From Mobula hypostoma (Eukaryota): a stretch of DNA of 64,000 bases. The translations under genes and the position numbers were made by a program. The stretch is taken from contig NC_086097.1 of assembly GCF_963921235.1 (NCBI RefSeq), positions 202,122,001 to 202,186,000 of the forward strand. Direction: 5' to 3'. The notes beneath the pieces were generated by a model. It was given only the letters and a program-made list of their open reading frames with translations, did not search any database and was not told where the DNA came from. Positions 12,041 through 24,185 of this stretch are shown in pieces (the first letter of the stretch is position 1; the number at the start of each line of letters is the position of its first letter).

Positions 12041-14282
12041 TGAGTATCAGATAAAATGCATTGAAGTGTCTGAATATTGGATTGACTTAGTCAGAAAAGA
12101 GTTTCTGCAGACCTAGTTGCTGAGAAAGCAGATAAGGAGGACACTTGAAGGTGCTTGTGTTGAGGAAATGTATTTGCACCACATCCTTGACTTACCTTGA
12201 GCACCCAAGGTTGTTGATCCCTTTCTTACATATGTGCAGAATCCCTTGCCCTCACTTCCACCAACAACAAACCCCCGAAAAAAAAATCAGATAAACAAAG
12301 CAGCAGGACCTTCCGTGCTGCCTCTCCAACTGCAATCTTGCTGAAAGATATTCTTTTTCTTTCAATAGTGAATATTTTTAAGAGTTCCATTTAGACTATT
12401 TCTTATCTCTGGGGGGCAGTAGGTGAATGAGGTGAGATTTTCTGGCCTCCAAGTTGCCTAGAAAACCTATTCTTGCACAGAATTTGCATTTGGTTCACAC
12501 TGGTATCTGTTAAAATCAGTACACAGTTGTAATTTGGAGAATTAACTTAATTATTTTATTTGCTTACATTTAGAATCTAGTGTAATTTTTTTGGTATTGT
12601 TCATTAAAAAGCAAAAAGCACTCATTTACATATACAGAAATATTGCACAACAGTAGCCCACAAATAGTTTTGAAATATATGCATAAATCCAGTGAATGTC
12701 GTAATCTACTTTCCAGTGGACAGGACCAGGAGTGTCCACCTTAAGTATTTTATTTGTTCATTTATAGATGTTTATATCAATTATGACTAGAACAGGAGCA
12801 GGCTTCAGTTGGACAGATGCATGGCAGATGGATGTTAATGCATTTTTAAAGGGAATACAGGATTAAATAGACCAGGTGGTTCACATACACAGATCTTTAA
12901 TGCCAGCAGGACAAGTTGATAAAACCTTAAAAAAGCAGGTGGAATCCTTGGATTTACAAAAAGAGACAGAGTACAAAGGTAAACGGGCTAAGGCTTTGGA
13001 AGAGGAGCCAAAAGATTCACTCAAATAGAGGACAAGACCTTTTAGTTCTATAGCTAGAATTGTTCACTGAACAAGTAAACCTTGAAGAGAAATGTATTGA
13101 AAGTATTTGAAAACAAAGATTTTGACCAAGGAATGGAAGATCTATATTCCCTGGGATGTGATGAATAACCAAAAATCAAAAGGGACATGAAGAATGTTTC
13201 TAGGTGGTGAGTGTTGCAAATTGCAATGAATAAATAGAAAGGGTGTAAAAAAAAAACACATTCAGAAGCTTAAAATTGGATGTATATTGAAAGGAAAATA
13301 GTTAAAATAAAGAAATAAAGTTACTAAGGGTGATGAAAAACTGTAAAGCTTTTCAAAGAATTGGGATATAGGCATAACAGTCAGAATTGTCTCCAATGCT
13401 ATACAATTCTGTGTGTGTTTTTCACTTCAGTCTTACACACAATTTCCTGTTGGTCAGATGTGCAGGACATAATACACCTATGAAATTGGTGTCCAGGCAG
13501 TTGTCTCAGTCCGAGGTCATGGAAAGGAGTCAGCAATTATAATTGTGTATACATTTGCCATTTTCTAATCACTTTGTAGATTTTCTTCCTTTTTGCCACT
13601 TAAGTTCTTTTGAGCCTTTTCATCAATTGGAAACTAATTTCGTTTCTCTCCCAGCAATATTACTGTTATCAATGCATTTCCCAGTGGGAATCTCTCTAAA
13701 TGTCAAGTTGGAGAAAGACAAAGATCAAAAAAGCAGGATGCCAAGTAAGTCAAATTGCAGAAAGATACCATTCACCAGTGCCCCTCACCAGGAACACACA
13801 GTCATCCCAGGAGAAGCATTTCAGCAAGCAAGTCATTAATGAGTTATTCTAATCCACCGTGGCTCTAAATTGCCAGTGGATATAAAAGTCATAACTGCTA
13901 TTCCAGGCTGCCACTTTAGCCAATCAGCTGCATACAATTGCATTGCCTGCCACAAACAGCATTTCATCTACTTCTTTCAAGAACAACTGCACCAGTATGG
14001 CAGTACCCTAAAACGACAGTCTGAAATAAGTCCAGGATCTCACAGGCTATAAGAACAGGACAACACATTCACCCAGTGAAAAGTAATTCTCTTCCCGACA
14101 CTGTTTGCGACCAGTACTGAAGTAAAATGCAAGTTATTTCTCCTTTATGGAGAATACACTCAGCCTCCATTTTAAGGCATTCTATACTTTCAGCACCCTT
14201 TAAACCAGAAAGGCTCTAGTATTGTTACTACATGCTCAGTACTTTATTCAGGTATTATGTGCTACCTCAGCATACGAATCCA

Positions 14283-15089
14283 CAGACATCCCACCTCTCC
14301 TGGAAGTTCCAGGAGTCTCCCGCATATTAATAGTGGCTCCCTGACCCCACAAATTATATACAATATCCTGGAAATCAATTTTTTTGAGAGTGAGAGAGAG
14401 AGGGAGCAAGGATGAGAGCGACCACGAGAGAGCGAGAGCGCGAGTGCGACCACGAGAGAAAGAGAGAGAGAGAGAGAGTGTGAGAGCAACCACAAGAGAG
14501 AGAGAGAGCGCGAGAGTGACCATGAGAGAGAGAGCGCGAGCGAGCGTGACAGCGACCACGAGAGCAACGAGAGAGAGAGAGAGAGAGCACGAGAGTGACC
14601 ACAAGAGGAGAGAGAGAGAGAGACAGAGAGCGAGTGAGAGCGCACCATGGCAGAGTGTTCCAAACAAAGAAAATATAAAACGTACATCACCCCAGACTAC
14701 CCTAAAGTGTACCCCTGCCTAATAGGGGTCAAAAATAATGACAGTGTTGCTCGCTGCACTGTTTGCAACAGTGACTTTTCTATTGCTCATGGTGAGTTAA
14801 GACTATAAAAGACATGTTGAGGTGAGTTAACCAGGTGTCATTTGTTCATTAGCATAGCTAACATTATTTAAACTAGCTGGCTAGCTGCTAAGGAGCTACT
14901 CTATGATGGTCCCCACCCCCAGTCTCCAACATTTCAAGGAATGAAGTCTTCAAAGAAGTTTTACAAAGTCATGCCCCACTCCTTTGCTTCAAATAACAGA
15001 CATCCCACCTCTCCCAGAAGTTCCAGGAGTCTCCTGCAAATTGATGGTGCTACCTCCCTGAAATGAGTTTTTGCAGGGTGGGATGTCTG
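14283..15089 (+). mobile_element. Non-autonomous hAT-like DNA transposon with BED-finger remnant
   Basis: 13-bp TIRs CAGACATCCCACC / GGTGGGATGTCTG and a flanking 6-bp duplication AATCCA (14277-14282, 15090-15095). Internal ATG at 14647 gives MAECSKQRKY...RCTVCNSDFSIAHG. GA-rich repeat at 14385-14640. Confidence 0.8.
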
Positions 15090-15163
15090 AATCCAGCACC
15101 ACTACTGGCAGATTTTTAAAAATTACCTTAAATAAAGAGAAGAGTTGCCCTTGACTTGCTCAC

Positions 15164-15327
15164 ATTTTTAAAATTTTCTTTATAAGCTTAGGTACATCCA
15201 GGTCAGTCATGGTGTCACCACAGTCTCCAGAAAGAAGATTGATCTGGTGCCTGAGACAAGCGTGTGCTTTGGATGCAGCTAGGCAGGTCCCTGTGTTGTT
15301 CTTTTCCTGAATCTTCCCGGTATCCAT
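15164..15327 (-). other. Candidate host-gene exon (product unknown)
   Basis: Strong acceptor CTTTCCTCTTTTCTTCTGCAG| and donor AAT|GTGAGC. Open frame MDTGKIQEKNNTGTCLAASKAHACLRHQINLLSGDCGDTMTDLDVPKLIKKILK. No homology recognised. Confidence 0.35.
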
Positions 15328-15867
15328 CTGCAGAAGAAAAGAGGAAAGATTGAATTGCTGAGGAATAGGAAAAGCCTGCCTAGGCAACATGACACAAAAC
15401 ACATATAATGAAGTATCAAACAATTGGACAAACAGTTAACTCTTGAAGGCCTGAAGTTAGTAAAAACACAATAATTCATGGCGGCTTCAGAAAAGTTGCC
15501 CAATTGTTCACAGTGTAATCAGCACTTTTGATTCTGATGAGTAGATGGACCAACTCCACTGTTCATCACATTTTGATGATCCATGTACATTGATGTCCCT
15601 CCATTGTGTCTGGATTTACACTGATCAAAAAAAAGGATTGAAAAGAATACCAAGTTCTAAGTGGAGGACCTCAATTTTCTACATCAAGAACCTGCTTATC
15701 TCATCTTTTAATGTCATTTTTTAATATTCTTCTCACTATACTGTCTCAGTACCCCTCACAGTGGGTCCAGCAGACTTGGATAGATGGCTTTCTGCACATT
15801 CTCAAATTGTCACTAAATATGTTGAATAGCTCAGACATTGATACAGGCTCTTGCAGCATGCTATTAG

Positions 15868-16000
15868 ACACATACAAGAGAAGGTCCGCAGATGCTGGAA
15901 ATCCAAGTAACACACATAGAGTGCCGGAGAAACTCAGCAAGCCAGGCAGCATCTATGGAAAAAAGGTACAGTCGATGTTTTGGCCCGAAACCCTTTGGCA
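15868..16000 (-). mobile_element. Truncated Penelope-like element end (family A)
   Basis: Matches the ends of the 22.6 kb and 41 kb elements (GCAGATGCTGGAAATCCAAG-AACACACA...ACTCAGCA..CCAGGCAGCATC). Stops within a degenerate hammerhead core. Confidence 0.8.
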
Positions 16001-16669
16001 TACTACCAATTTGAGTGCTTGCTCATTATCCTTATACTCTTGTTACTTGCCTTTCAGCTAATTTCCAAATTAGGTCAATAACTTGTGTTTATTTCTAGAG
16101 GATTAACCTTTAGCTCATAATCAATTTTAATGAAAGCTCACATAAACTTTTCCCATTGATTGTATTGGCCAAAAATAATTAAATCAGTTTTCCACCTGAT
16201 GACTTACCACTTATGATTATTTCTAATCTGCTAAAAAGTACAATGTTCAGCTGCTTTATTTAAAAATGTAGTAGTAGCCTAATATCAGTGATAGGGTTAC
16301 TATTGTTCTTTGGTTTCCTTTTTCTACCTTAGTTGTCCAACTATGAAATATGTAGAGTTTTCCAGTCTGTAAGTTTTCTTCTCAGAGATGCAGGAGACTC
16401 ACAATGTTCTTCACAGAGAAACTTTCCAACCATCATGAGCAAAACAATATTAAAACATGGTAAACACAATGTAGTACCTGGACTGAATATATTGAATATA
16501 TTTACATATTCAACTTCATCTGCTCCGAATTGCTATTAAAAGTTAAATTCCACCCCTCCAAAGAAAATATTAAATAGATCTATTATGAAATACTTGTAAC
16601 TTTAACTTCAAATTGCTACTGGATGATAGTGTTTTAATTATATCTGAATGAAATTATACCCATTACAAA

Positions 16670-17080
16670 AGTAATCAATCCACATTGATGCACCAACACT
16701 GACCTTTCATCAGGCACACAACAAATGATGTAACTCATAATGCAACAAAAATATCAGCCCAAAATAAACTGGAGCTTCATCAATGAATAAATTTTAATTG
16801 ATCAAAAGGTCTTCCACTCTCTTAATGTTCAAGTCATTGTGGATCATGAGAATAATTTAATATTAGTGAATAGCATATTTTCTGGTGATTCCCAAAATCT
16901 CTTCATCCTGAGTGAGTCTACATTAATAGACACTTTCTTTGGCCGGGAATGCCCCAAGGAATGGACTTGAGGGGAAATAAGCTGCCCTCTATTTCTGAGG
17001 CACCTCACTCCAGATTGTATTGTAACCACATTAACTGATCAGAGATAAACTGAGAGCCCACAAAGCATCAGGATAATACA
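16670..17080 (+). pseudogene. Ancient PIF/Harbinger (HARBI1-like DDE) transposase fossil
   Basis: Hand translation from 16803 gives QKVFHSLNVQVIVDH...FSGDSQNLFILSES...W*GEISCPL...LTP...DQR*TES. This follows the Harbinger NRKG.HS.N.Q..CD / PGS.HD..IL..S / WLLGD.GYPL..WL.TP / E.RYN pattern. Confidence 0.68.
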
Positions 17081-17114
17081 CTGTTCTCCTCCTGATGAGA
17101 CTCCACTGCCTTCC

Positions 17115-17570
17115 ACTCAGTAAGATAGCAGTGCGCTCAGATGCACTGGCTTCTATGGAGTCAACCAAAGGTGTTATTGTCTTTTTTAAACTTTTTTTTT
17201 ATGACCACAAGACCTTGCTAGACATCAAGAATTTAAAATCCTGCAGGTCTACCCCATCGCTGAGTTGCGTATTAACAGAAAAACTAAAGGAGCTGGACTG
17301 GGTGCAGGCCGTGATGCCACCAGCATCAGAGCGGCATTGGTGAAGGTGGTAATATAGTCTAACAGCAAATGATTGTCTGGGTCTCTTTTCTTCTGATCGT
17401 AGGACCCTGCTGGACACTGGTGGTGTGGAATGTTGCAAGTCCAATTTATTGGTTTATTGGCAATTGGCAAATGGCAAGGGCAGACAGCCCTGTGTTGGAT
17501 GCTACACAAGCTTGCGAACTGCGGACATCAGTCAGTGCCGGGGAAAGTGTGCACAGCAGCAGCCCTAGAG
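17115..17570 (+). mobile_element. 5' portion of a Rex1/Babar-like element
   Basis: Starts AAGATAGCAG (AAGATGGCGG-like head) followed by a YDHKTLLDIK-coding stretch typical of Rex1-type 5' regions. Confidence 0.5.
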
Positions 17571-18036
17571 AATGAATACCAACACCATCCAAGGAGGAAG
17601 TTACCAAGGGGACAAGCCAGCTTATCTCCCAGCTGATTGGAGGAGGAAACGTCATCCAGTGTACAATGATTACTTGTTCAATACACCATGAAACTGCCAG
17701 ACAAATTGGATGATCACATCTACTTTTTATCAGCTGAATTAAACATGATGCTCTGACCATAGATTCCTAGGAAGAGAGACACTTCTGAGCTGCACACAGA
17801 CTAATAGTCACAAACGCAAATGAAGGCATGATCTAATCATTATTACCAATGTAATATAGTAATTAACCAGGAGAACCCAGATTATGCAGAATTTTCCCCC
17901 GTATCCTGTTTGGCAACTGCACCAACACTGCTTATAAAGTATGATTGAATCTCTGTTCAAGTTACTCCAATGTCTTGCAACAACATCCTGATAAATACAT
18001 ATCAGTTTGCATAAGCTCTGACTGATGTGAAATATA

Positions 18037-19936
18037 TAGTGCCTGAGGAAAGTATTCACTTCCCTTGGAAGTCTTCATGTTTTATTGTTTTACTACATTG
18101 AATCACAGTGGATTTAATTTCGCTTTTTTGACACTGATCAACAGAAAAATACTCTTGTGTCAAAGTGAAAAGAGATCACTACCTAAATTAATTACAAATA
18201 TAAAACACAAAATAATTGATTGCATAAGTATTCACCCCTTGTAATATGACACACCAAATTGTTATTGGTGCAGCCAATTGATTTCAGAAGTCACATAATT
18301 ATTTAAATGGAGATCACCTGTATGCAGTTAAGGTGTTTCAATTGATAGTAGTAAAAATACACCTGATTCTGTAAGGGCTAACTGCTGGTGAGTCAGTGTC
18401 CTGGCAAAAACTACACCATGAAGACAAAAAGAACACTCCAAACAACTCTGCAAAAAAAGGTTATTGAAAAGCACAAGTCAGGAGATGGATACAAGATCAT
18501 TTCCAAGTCACTGAATATCCCTTGGAGTACAGTTAAGTCAATCATCAATAAATGGAAAGAATATGGCACAGCTGTAAATCTGCCTAGAGTAGGTTATCCC
18601 CAAAAGTTAAGTGACCATGCAAGAAAGGGACTAGTGAGGGAGGCCACCAAGAGAACTAGGACAATTCTGGCGAAGTTACAAGCTTTAGTGGCTGAGATGG
18701 AAGAGACTGCAGACAACAACTGTTGTCTGGGTGCTTCACCAGTCACAGCTTTATGGAAGAGTGGTAAAGAAAAGCTACTGTTGAAGAACCTCATATGAAA
18801 TGCATAACAACGAGAGGGCACAATTTTAAGTAGGTACGGAAGGGATGTTGGGTAAGTTTTTACGCAGAGTGGTGAGTGTATGGAATAGGCTGCTGGCGAT
18901 GGTGCTGGAGGCAGATATGATAGCGTCTTTTAAGAAACTCCTGGATAAGTACATGAAGCCTAGAAAAATAAAGGGCTATGGTAACCTTGGGTATTTTCTA
19001 AAGTAAGTACATGTTTAGCACAGCATTGTGAGCCAAAGGGTCTGTATTGTGCTGTAGGTTTGCTATGTTTCTATGAAATCTCAGCTGGAGTTTTCTAGAA
19101 GGCACGTGTGAGACTCTGAAGTCAGCTGGAAGGAGCTTCTATGGTCTGATGAAACCAAAATTGAGATTTCTGCCCATCAGCTTAACTCTTATGTTTGGCA
19201 TAAGCCCAACTTCACACATCATCAAAAAGACACCATCCCTACTGTGAAGCATGGTCATGGCTACATCATGCTGTGGGGATGCTTCACTGCAGCAGACCCT
19301 GGGAGGCTTGTGAAGTTAGAGAGTAAAATGAATGCAGCAAAATACAGGGAAATCTAGGAGAAAAACCTGATGCAGTCCGCAAGAGAGCTGCGACTTAGGA
19401 GAAGATTTGTGTTCCAGCAAGACAATGACCCCAAGCATAGAGCCAAAGCTACATAGGAATGGCTTAAAAACAACAAAGTTGTTGTTCTGGAGTGGTCAAG
19501 TCAGAGTCTGGACCTCAATCTAACTGAGAATTTGTGACTGGACTTGAAAAGGGCTCTCCCCTCATGATCCCCATGCAATTATGACAGAGCTTGAGTAGTT
19601 TTGTAAAGAAGAATGGGGAAAAATTGTAGTGTCCAGATGTGCAAAGTTAATAGAGGTCTAGCCACACAGACTTGTGGCTGTAATTGCTGCCAAAGGTGCA
19701 TCTACTAAATACTGACTTGAAGCATGTCAGTAATAATGCAATCAATTATTTTGTGTTTAATAATTATAAGAAATTTAGATCAATTTGTATAAATTTGTTT
19801 CACTTTGACATCAAAGAGTCTTTGCTGTTGATCAGTGTCAAAAAAAAACAAATTAAATCCATTGCAATTCAATGTTGTAAAACAATAAAACATATAAATT
19901 TCTGGTGGGGGGGGTGAATACTTTTTACAGACACTG
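18037..19936 (+). mobile_element. Tc1 (DD34E) DNA transposon, defective
   Basis: TA flanks and ~200-bp TIRs with an internal repeat AAGTATTCAC. Transposase motifs HKSGDGYKIISKSL, WSDETKIE, FQQDNDPKH and SQSLDLNLTENL. Interrupted by a CR1 fragment. Confidence 0.93.
18802..19071 (+). mobile_element. CR1 3' fragment inserted in Tc1
   Basis: TRGHNFK..FTQ..VSVWN-type end with a CR1 UTR. Flanked by the duplication TATGAAAT (18794-18801, 19072-19079). Confidence 0.85.
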
Positions 19937-20806
19937 TATCTTCCTAGCAGGAAATATATTCTGTAGAAAAAACAATGCTTGAACACATTTGACAGCTGCT
20001 CCGCATCCATGATGATGATGATTCACTGATGTAGCCTCTGCACTTGAAAGAAATCCACATTGCAATGCATTGATCAGATTGCCAGAAAGCCGGCAAGTAG
20101 ATGAATTAAGGAGCTCATACTTCAAGGATAAGAAGTTGACACACTTTAGAGATGAGAAATCCCTCTTGAAACTATAGTTGAGGTTCATTATATGTTTTGT
20201 ACCAATCAGCCATTTTGAAGACAGTGAAGAACTGATGATGTTTTATTGGTACAAGCACCACATTCCACTTAGCTGATCAGAACAGGATGAATTTACAGCA
20301 GCATCACACTTTCATGAGCACATATGGGTGATTACTCCCCCATCTCCATGACCACCCCCGCCCCTGCCGCAACACCCATTTATTTGGAAACCAGTAAATA
20401 AGGCCTTGCAAAGTTCATGTGGAAAAACAAAATTTCTTTTATCAACCTATTTTTCTTAACACATGCAACATTGCATTACAGACAAAAAAAATACACAAAT
20501 GTAATGCTTTATCCCATAAAATAGAGTTCGCTGTTTTGGTTAGCAGTTCCACATTTATTCCAGTTTTTTTTTCAACATCACTCTTAAAGACGGGCTCTGA
20601 GAAAATGGAAAGCAGAGCCTTTGCTATTTTAGTCATATTCCTCCATTCCACAGAAGTTTCCTCCAGACAAGGAGCACACACAAAGCACAGGTATCTGATT
20701 CAACCATTTTCACTCAGGATCAGCTCTCTGCATTGTTGTACTGATTAAAATTGAGCCCCATTGAAGCTGCAACTGGGAAACACTAATGTATTTATTTACA
20801 CAGCAA

Positions 20807-21028
20807 CATGCACACAAAATGCTGGAGGAACTCAGCAGGTCAGGCAGCGTCTATGGAAAAGCATAAACAGTTAACGTTTCAGGATGAGACCCTTTCAACA
20901 GGACTAATGAAGGGCCTCAGCCAGAAATGTGAACTGTTTGCTCTTTTCCATAGATACTACCTGGCCTGCTGAGTTCCTCCAGTATTTTGTGTGTGTTGCT
21001 TAGCTGGCCAGCATCTGCAGATTTTCTC
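20807..21028 (+). mobile_element. Short palindromic Penelope-derived insertion (family A), degenerate hammerheads
   Basis: ~100-bp inverted arms plus a 28-nt tail. Flanked by the 15-bp duplication TTATTTACACAGCAA (20792-20806, 21029-21043). Confidence 0.85.
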
Positions 21029-21879
21029 TTATTTACACAGCAAACCTCCAGCACAGACTCCAGGGTAATCTATGAGAATCTCACTCTCCTCACATGTTTC
21101 ATACTTCTTCAGCATAAAGATAACAACAAAAGATTAAAGACAGTTTCAATTGCTATAATCATATACTTAACTTTAACATTTTGAATACAGTCTGGTAAAT
21201 TTACTGAATTACCTATTTACAATGGTAGCACATCCCAAACAACAGAACACCTTTGAGTATTCAATACTCATATCTGTTCCAACAGCCTCCGAGTACAAAC
21301 TGCAGACACCCAAAATTTACCCATTTGTTACCAGGATGAGGATTGGCTCCATGAATATAAACTTACCAGAAGGTAAGTGACAATACAGATCTGTCCTGTC
21401 CTAAGTGGCAAGGATACCCATTTAACAACGTACTAATAGCAGGAATATTCATCTATCATCTTTTCCCTCTGTAGTTGCAGTGAGACAGAATCAGTATAGC
21501 TCGCCACAATGATTCACTAGCCACAAAGTATCAGTTAGAAGTTAAACGGTGCACAGATTTTATTTCCTGAAGATTGGTTGTCAATTTAGTTAATCCATAA
21601 TTATACTACCCATTATTTCCATATGGCCAGAATAATTGTTAACACACATAACTTCCCATTGTAAATGTTGGGAGACCAGAGGTAGCAGGAGAGAATAACC
21701 TTGACATAGGAACTAACTTCATGTTTTGAGATCACACTTAGTCCCATTCATTACCAAAATGACACTGGGGCCATGGCATCAGTCAAATGATTTCACAGAT
21801 TGAGCCCTGCTTCAGGGAGGCAATCATATCCAATGGAAAATCATTCTTCAGTATCAAGAGCAATTGCCTTTCTGTTTGA

Positions 21880-22280
21880 AATACATGACAGTAGAAACTT
21901 GTAGAGACCAATTCTGGATCTGCAGACTTTGAAGTAGTAGGGATACGGAAAGAGCTGGGATGTGGGCACTTGGGTAGTAGGAACCTTCTTGCGTCTTCTC
22001 TTCAATAGTCACTCTTCTGGGTCACTCTCCTCTAAATTCTTGGCTGCTCTGCAGATCAACGTTCTTTAGCGGCCCCTGTCACAGGCCTGCTGCTGCCACT
22101 CGTTAATTTTGATATTTGCCTAAGAGAGCTGCTGCTTAAGTTGGTCTTTGTACCTCTTGCATGGGGCACCACAGTCTCTTTTGCCCTGAGAGATTTCCTC
22201 ATAGAGTATTGCTTTCAGTAACCTGGAGTTGTCCATGTGAGATACGTGGACTCAACAATCACCAACGATCATGCAATCAC
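21880..22280 (-). mobile_element. Decayed RTE LINE 3' coding region
   Basis: Hand translation gives HMDNSRLLKAILYEEISQGKRDCGAPCKRYKDQLK...VCRSRIGL, the RTE ORF C-terminus. Confidence 0.75.
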
Positions 22281-22665
22281 CCTTGAGGACTCTTCTTCCC
22301 TCTTGATCTTCGCAAGTGAAGAACCAGCCAGCACCATCATCATCAGAAACTTGTCCAAATGAGGTACCACAGGGTAGATAGCAAGATTACAGGGACCATA
22401 TAGGCCATATACTGCCTAAGAGGTCACGCTTTGAACCTTTGAAGGAGGCATCACCTTACTTAACCAAAGCATCAAATGACTTTGGAAGCTCAAGGTCAGG
22501 AAAGGGGAGGCAATGTACAATGATCTGTTCACATCTGAAGTGCAGTGGCATTGTTTCAGCCTCTAGACCTAAAGCCTACCCAAATGACAGTTATCAGGTC
22601 TAGCAACACACATCAAAGTTGCTGGTGAACGCAGCAGGCCAGGCAGCATCTATAGGAAGAGGCGC

Positions 22666-22701
22666 AGTCGACGTTTCAGGCCGAGACCCTTCGTCAGGAC
22701 T
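22666..22701 (-). ncRNA. Minimal type I hammerhead ribozyme motif (intact core)
   Basis: The reverse complement reads AGTC-CTGACGA-AGGGTCTCGGCCT-GAAA-C-GTC^-GACT. Confidence 0.75.
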
Positions 22702-23040
22702 AACTGAAGGAAGAGTGAGTAAGGGATTTGAAAGCTGGAGGGGGAGGGGGAGATGCAAAATGATAGGAGAAGACAGGAGGGGGAGGGATAGAGCCGAGAG
22801 CTGGACAGGTGATAGGCAAAAGGGGATATGAGAGGATCATGGGACAGGAGGCCTAGGGAGAAAGACGGGGGGGGGGGGATTCTTCCCGGACCTCCTGTCC
22901 CATGATCCTCTCGTATCCCCTTTTGCCTATCACCTGTCCAGCTCTCGGCTCTATCCCTCCCCCTCCTGTCTTCTCCTATCATTTTGCATCTCCCCCTCCC
23001 CCTCCAGCTTTCAAATCCCTTACTCACTCTTCCTTCAGTT

Positions 23041-23076
23041 AGTCCTGACGAAGGGTCTCGGCCTGAAACGTCGACT
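23041..23076 (+). ncRNA. Minimal type I hammerhead ribozyme motif (intact core)
   Basis: Stem I AGTC/GACT; CTGACGA at 23045-23051; stem II AGG..CCT; GAAA at 23065-23068; palindromic ACGT stem III; GTC cleavage triplet at 23070-23072. Confidence 0.78.
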
Positions 23077-23959
23077 GCGCCTCTTCCTATAGATGCTGCT
23101 TGGCCTGCTGCGTTCACCAGCAACTTTGATGTGTGTTGCTTGAATTTCCAGCATCTGCAGAATTCCTGTTGTTTGCATTATCAGGTCTAGCCTGTTTTCA
23201 CTCAGTCAGCCATCTGCATAATCTGAGCAGATTTCATCTCTGTGAAGGGATGTAGGAGAGAGGGAATATTTTCCTCCTTCTGCAGAAGAGAATTGATTTC
23301 ATGTCTACCCTTCTTCTGCTCATATAATCAAGTGATCTGCTCACACATAGTATCCTGCTGCTCACTGAAGAGAGTTAGTTACTCATATGCTATACTTTCT
23401 GTTCATACTTAGTAGCAAGCTGTTCATGTGTGTCGTCCATTTGCTCCTGGAAAACCTGTTACATATGATTTGTAAACCTGTTTCTCTGGCGTGAATAGCA
23501 TCACTCTGCTCAATGATGCAGATGCAGCAAGACACCTTGTCTCCACCTGTTCCTCCAAGACAGCCCTCACCCTGAAGCAGGTGGCAAGATTGTTGTCGAA
23601 GCTTTGCAAAGAGTGTGTACGACCTCTAGAGCGGTCATCATAGTCTCTTGGCTCTGCGTATCCGCCTGTGTGACCATGAAGACATTAATGCCCTGTATTA
23701 GAATATCTTGTGTATTGAGTCAGCAGGCCTGACAATGCAGCAACTACCTTGTTGTGTATCCACATCACATTCACCCTTTTGTGTGATTCTCATCCAGGCC
23801 CTCAAGTTGCAGTAAGGCTGTCCAACATCCCCATCAGCAAGCCTTCATATCAGATTCCCTACATCTCACCTAGAAACTGCAAGGGTAAAAAGACCGTAAT
23901 GGGTATTACATACAGATCTCCGAACAGTAGCCAGGATAAATTAATAACTGAAATGATGT

Positions 23960-24185
23960 GACTATTATTATTCTTAAATAATAGGTGCATTTAATGTCAG
24001 AAAAATGTATACAATATACATCCTGAAATGCATTTCTTTGCAAACATCCACAAAAACAGAGGCGAGCCCCAAAGAATGAATGACAGTTAAACATTATTAA
24101 CTCCAAAGCCCCTCCCCAGCTCCCCCCACCACACACAAGCAGTAGCAAGGCAACACCCCCGAACACCCCCCCCCCGACCAGCAAA
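23960..24185 (-). mobile_element. 3' end of a non-LTR-type repeat, next to a CR1 endonuclease fragment (23868-23940)
   Basis: Minus strand ends CAGGATGTATATTGTATACATTTTTCTGACATTAAATG. The adjacent RNCKGKKT.MG..YR.PNSSQD is CR1 APE. Confidence 0.55.

Larger units (their letters stand above)
22605..23177 (+). mobile_element. Young palindromic Penelope-derived insertion (family A)
   Basis: 250-bp inverted arms (22602-22851 and 22891-23140, only two mismatches noticed), a 39-bp spacer and a 37-nt 3' tail. Flanked by the 14-bp duplication TTATCAGGTCTAGC (22591-22604, 23178-23191). Confidence 0.9.

Noticed and set aside
13655..13750. Plus-strand acceptor (TTTCTCTCCCAG) and donor (GTAAGT) pair
   Set aside because: No recognisable peptide or partner exons, so a chance match is plausible.
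14248..14722. Four overlapping ORFs rich in SL or ER
   Set aside because: Artefacts of the GA-rich low-complexity repeat inside the hAT-like element.
22619..23190. Mirror-image ORFs MLVNAAGQAAS... on both strands (also at 41079-41488)
   Set aside because: A consequence of the palindromic repeat; no protein motif.
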